Source: Promethearchaeati archaeon
GTDB lineage: Archaea; Asgardarchaeota; Heimdallarchaeia; Heimdallarchaeales; Heimdallarchaeaceae
Length of the DNA: 64,000 nucleotides
Reading direction: 5' to 3'
Assembly: GCA_013166775.1 (NCBI GenBank)
Contig: JABLTJ010000003.1
Location: 64,001-128,000 of the forward strand
The translations under genes and the position numbers were made by a program. This document shows positions 62,052-64,000 of the stretch, piece by piece. The notes under the pieces are model-generated. The model worked only from the letters and a program-made list of their open reading frames with translations, did no database searches and had not been told where the DNA came from. Positions within the stretch are counted from its first letter, which is position 1; each line of letters starts with the position of its first letter.

Positions 62052-63005
62052 GTGAATGAAGAAGATCTCTGGGAAAAGATAATAACAGAACTTGAAGAAG
62101 GTAAGAATATTGTACTTGTTATTATAATCCATAGAACAGGTTCAGCTCCAAATGTACCAGGAGCAAAGATGCTAGTTATGTCAGATAACGTAATGGGGAC
62201 TGTGGGAGGTGGTATTTCAGAGCATAGATTGCAGGACTGTGCTCGAGTTATACTTTCTAAAGGAAATTTAACTGTTGAAACTCTTCATTTAGATCACAAT
62301 GAAAATGCAACAGAGAATCGTTCTGGAATGATATGCTCTGGATTACAAAAATTTGCTCTGATTCTGTTTAGTAAGGAGCACTTACCAATGGTAAAAGAGA
62401 TCAAGGAGTCTCATACTAGGGCAGTTGCTGGTGTTTTTACAATAAATGAGGAAAGTATCTATTTTGAATCAGGAATCTCGCTCAAAGTAGATAGGATTTA
62501 TTCTGAAGAAGGCACTTCTTGGACTTATAAGGAGAACACAGGTGTTCAAGATAGATTCTTTATAATAGGTGGAGGGCATGTTTCTCTTGCGCTATCACGT
62601 ATTCTAAAAACTCTAAACTTCCATGTTACAATAATTGATGATAGAAATAAATTACCAACAATGATTTCAAATACTTATGCAAATGAGAAGATAGTTGCAT
62701 CATATGATAGCATTACTGAAATTATACCTGAAGGAAAGAATATTTTTGTTGCGATAATGACTTTTGGTCACATATCAGACCAACAAGTACTTGAGAAGAT
62801 TATCACGAAAAAGTGCAAATATATGGGTATGATGGCGAGTTCAAGAAAGAAACAACAGATTTTCAATAACCTTGAGAAAAAAGGTATATCAAAAATCCTT
62901 CTTGATAAAATACATACACCTATTGGAATTAAAATCAAAAGCCACACTCCTGAAGAGATTGCTATTAGTATCGCTGCTGAAATTATTCAAGTAAAGAATT
63001 CATAG
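62052..63005 (+). CDS. xdhC: XdhC/CoxI accessory protein
   Basis: GSAP, GTVGGG, GGGHVS, TPEEIAISIAAEII. Confidence 0.9.
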   Translation: MNEEDLWEKIITELEEGKNIVLVIIIHRTGSAPNVPGAKMLVMSDNVMGTVGGGISEHRLQDCARVILSKGNLTVETLHLDHNENATENRSGMICSGLQKFALILFSKEHLPMVKEIKESHTRAVAGVFTINEESIYFESGISLKVDRIYSEEGTSWTYKENTGVQDRFFIIGGGHVSLALSRILKTLNFHVTIIDDRNKLPTMISNTYANEKIVASYDSITEIIPEGKNIFVAIMTFGHISDQQVLEKIITKKCKYMGMMASSRKKQQIFNNLEKKGISKILLDKIHTPIGIKIKSHTPEEIAISIAAEIIQVKNS

Positions 63006-63148
63006 AAAAATACATTTCTCATTGAACCTGAATAGATACAAATCATAAAACAATGCAGTGTTCTTTAAAGAATTTTATTCATCGCAGTAAACTCTTTAGT
63101 GAATATCCACATAGCATTACTATAATACAAAAGAGTGAGTGACTACAA

Positions 63149-63364
63149 ATGAGTCGAATTGATGCTTTTCAAGACTATATTGATGACACTGAGGAGGATA
63201 AATTAGCAAAAGAGGTACAAGACAGAAGACGATTTGGGATTTCAAAATTCAAAGAGAGTAAGTTTTATGGTTTCTTTATATTTTTATACATAATCTTTTT
63301 ACCAATTATCCTTTTAATCCAAGCTATGTTTTTAATATCATATAGTTTCAGAAGAAGATATTGA
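63149..63364 (+). CDS. Small membrane protein
   Basis: 71-aa ORF with a C-terminal TM. Confidence 0.5.
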   Translation: MSRIDAFQDYIDDTEEDKLAKEVQDRRRFGISKFKESKFYGFFIFLYIIFLPIILLIQAMFLISYSFRRRY

Positions 63365-63493
63365 AGCATGAAAATCAAAAAACTCTAATTAGAAGAGTGT
63401 TTAATTATCAAGATGCTATTGATAGTATAAGAAGTTCATAGACCATTCTAGTAAAAGTTTATAAACACTTAAGGTTACAAAAGATTGTTCAAT

Positions 63494-64000
63494 ATGACAT
63501 CTGCTGAAGGCTCATCATCTACAATCATTAGAGAAAGAAAAAGATATGAGAAATTAGGATTTGCTCTAAATAAAGCAGGAAGCATTAGTACTTGGTTGAA
63601 GGTTTTATTTGCTACAACGCTTATTTTAGGATTACCAACACTTCCTTTGTTGTCAGATCCCTTAAAAGATGGGACTACAACACTTTATCAAATTGTTATT
63701 TTCGGCTTTAGAGTTCTATTGATTGCAATGATTATCTTTCTTGCACTGAAGATAACTTCTCAAGTATACACAGCTAAGAATGATTTTGATATAAAATTAG
63801 CGGAAATTGGTTTCAAAGATCCAAATGCAAATACTAAGGAAGAAAATAGGCTCGTTAATAGAAATGTAGTATTTACAGTGATGAAAATACTTATCTTAGT
63901 AGCCTCAGGACTAGGTGTGTTCCTAGCAGGATCAAGAGATAATTATGGATATATCATCGGGCAAGAGGTAGTATATATTGTCCTTATCTCCGGATTAGTT
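63494..64000 (+). CDS. Membrane protein, partial (runs off window end)
   Basis: Manual translation MTSAEGSSSTIIRERKRYEKLGFAL...; open to edge. Confidence 0.7.
   Translation, partial: MTSAEGSSSTIIRERKRYEKLGFALNKAGSISTWLKVLFATTLILGLPTLPLLSDPLKDGTTTLYQIVIFGFRVLLIAMIIFLALKITSQVYTAKNDFDIKLAEIGFKDPNANTKEENRLVNRNVVFTVMKILILVASGLGVFLAGSRDNYGYIIGQEVVYIVLISGLV

Overview
AT-rich archaeal chromosomal segment. An Asgard (Heimdallarchaeia-like) origin is inferred from the gene content: Orc1/Cdc6, AMP phosphorylase, an intron-containing tRNA-Pro(GGG), a RING-finger protein, an LRR protein and many surface proteins with a C-terminal TM helix plus basic tail. 1-13 kb: membrane proteins and a fatty-acid/ester cluster (three DegV genes, three alpha/beta hydrolases, a membrane methyltransferase). 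13-22.7 kb: housekeeping genes (ade, ogg, AlaX, AMP phosphorylase, cdc6). 22.8-26.3 kb: a vWA surface protein coupled to a single-pass membrane RING protein. 26.3-30.4 kb: eroding accessory patch. 31-33.6 kb: wHTH-MinD/ParA-membrane protein operon whose last stop codon lies inside the antisense tRNA. 33.8-63 kb: an anaerobic purine-catabolism supercluster (two different xanthine dehydrogenase types, carbamate kinase, YgeY, carbamoyltransferases, HyuA-like, SsnA, PreA-like, PLP enzyme), interrupted by a variable patch of surface-protein, LRR and ABC genes. Intergenic gaps repeatedly hold diverged relics of gene ends whose intact copies lie about 1-6 kb away. No CRISPR array, rRNA, transposase or integrase was recognised. 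All family calls come from motifs read by eye, not from searches.
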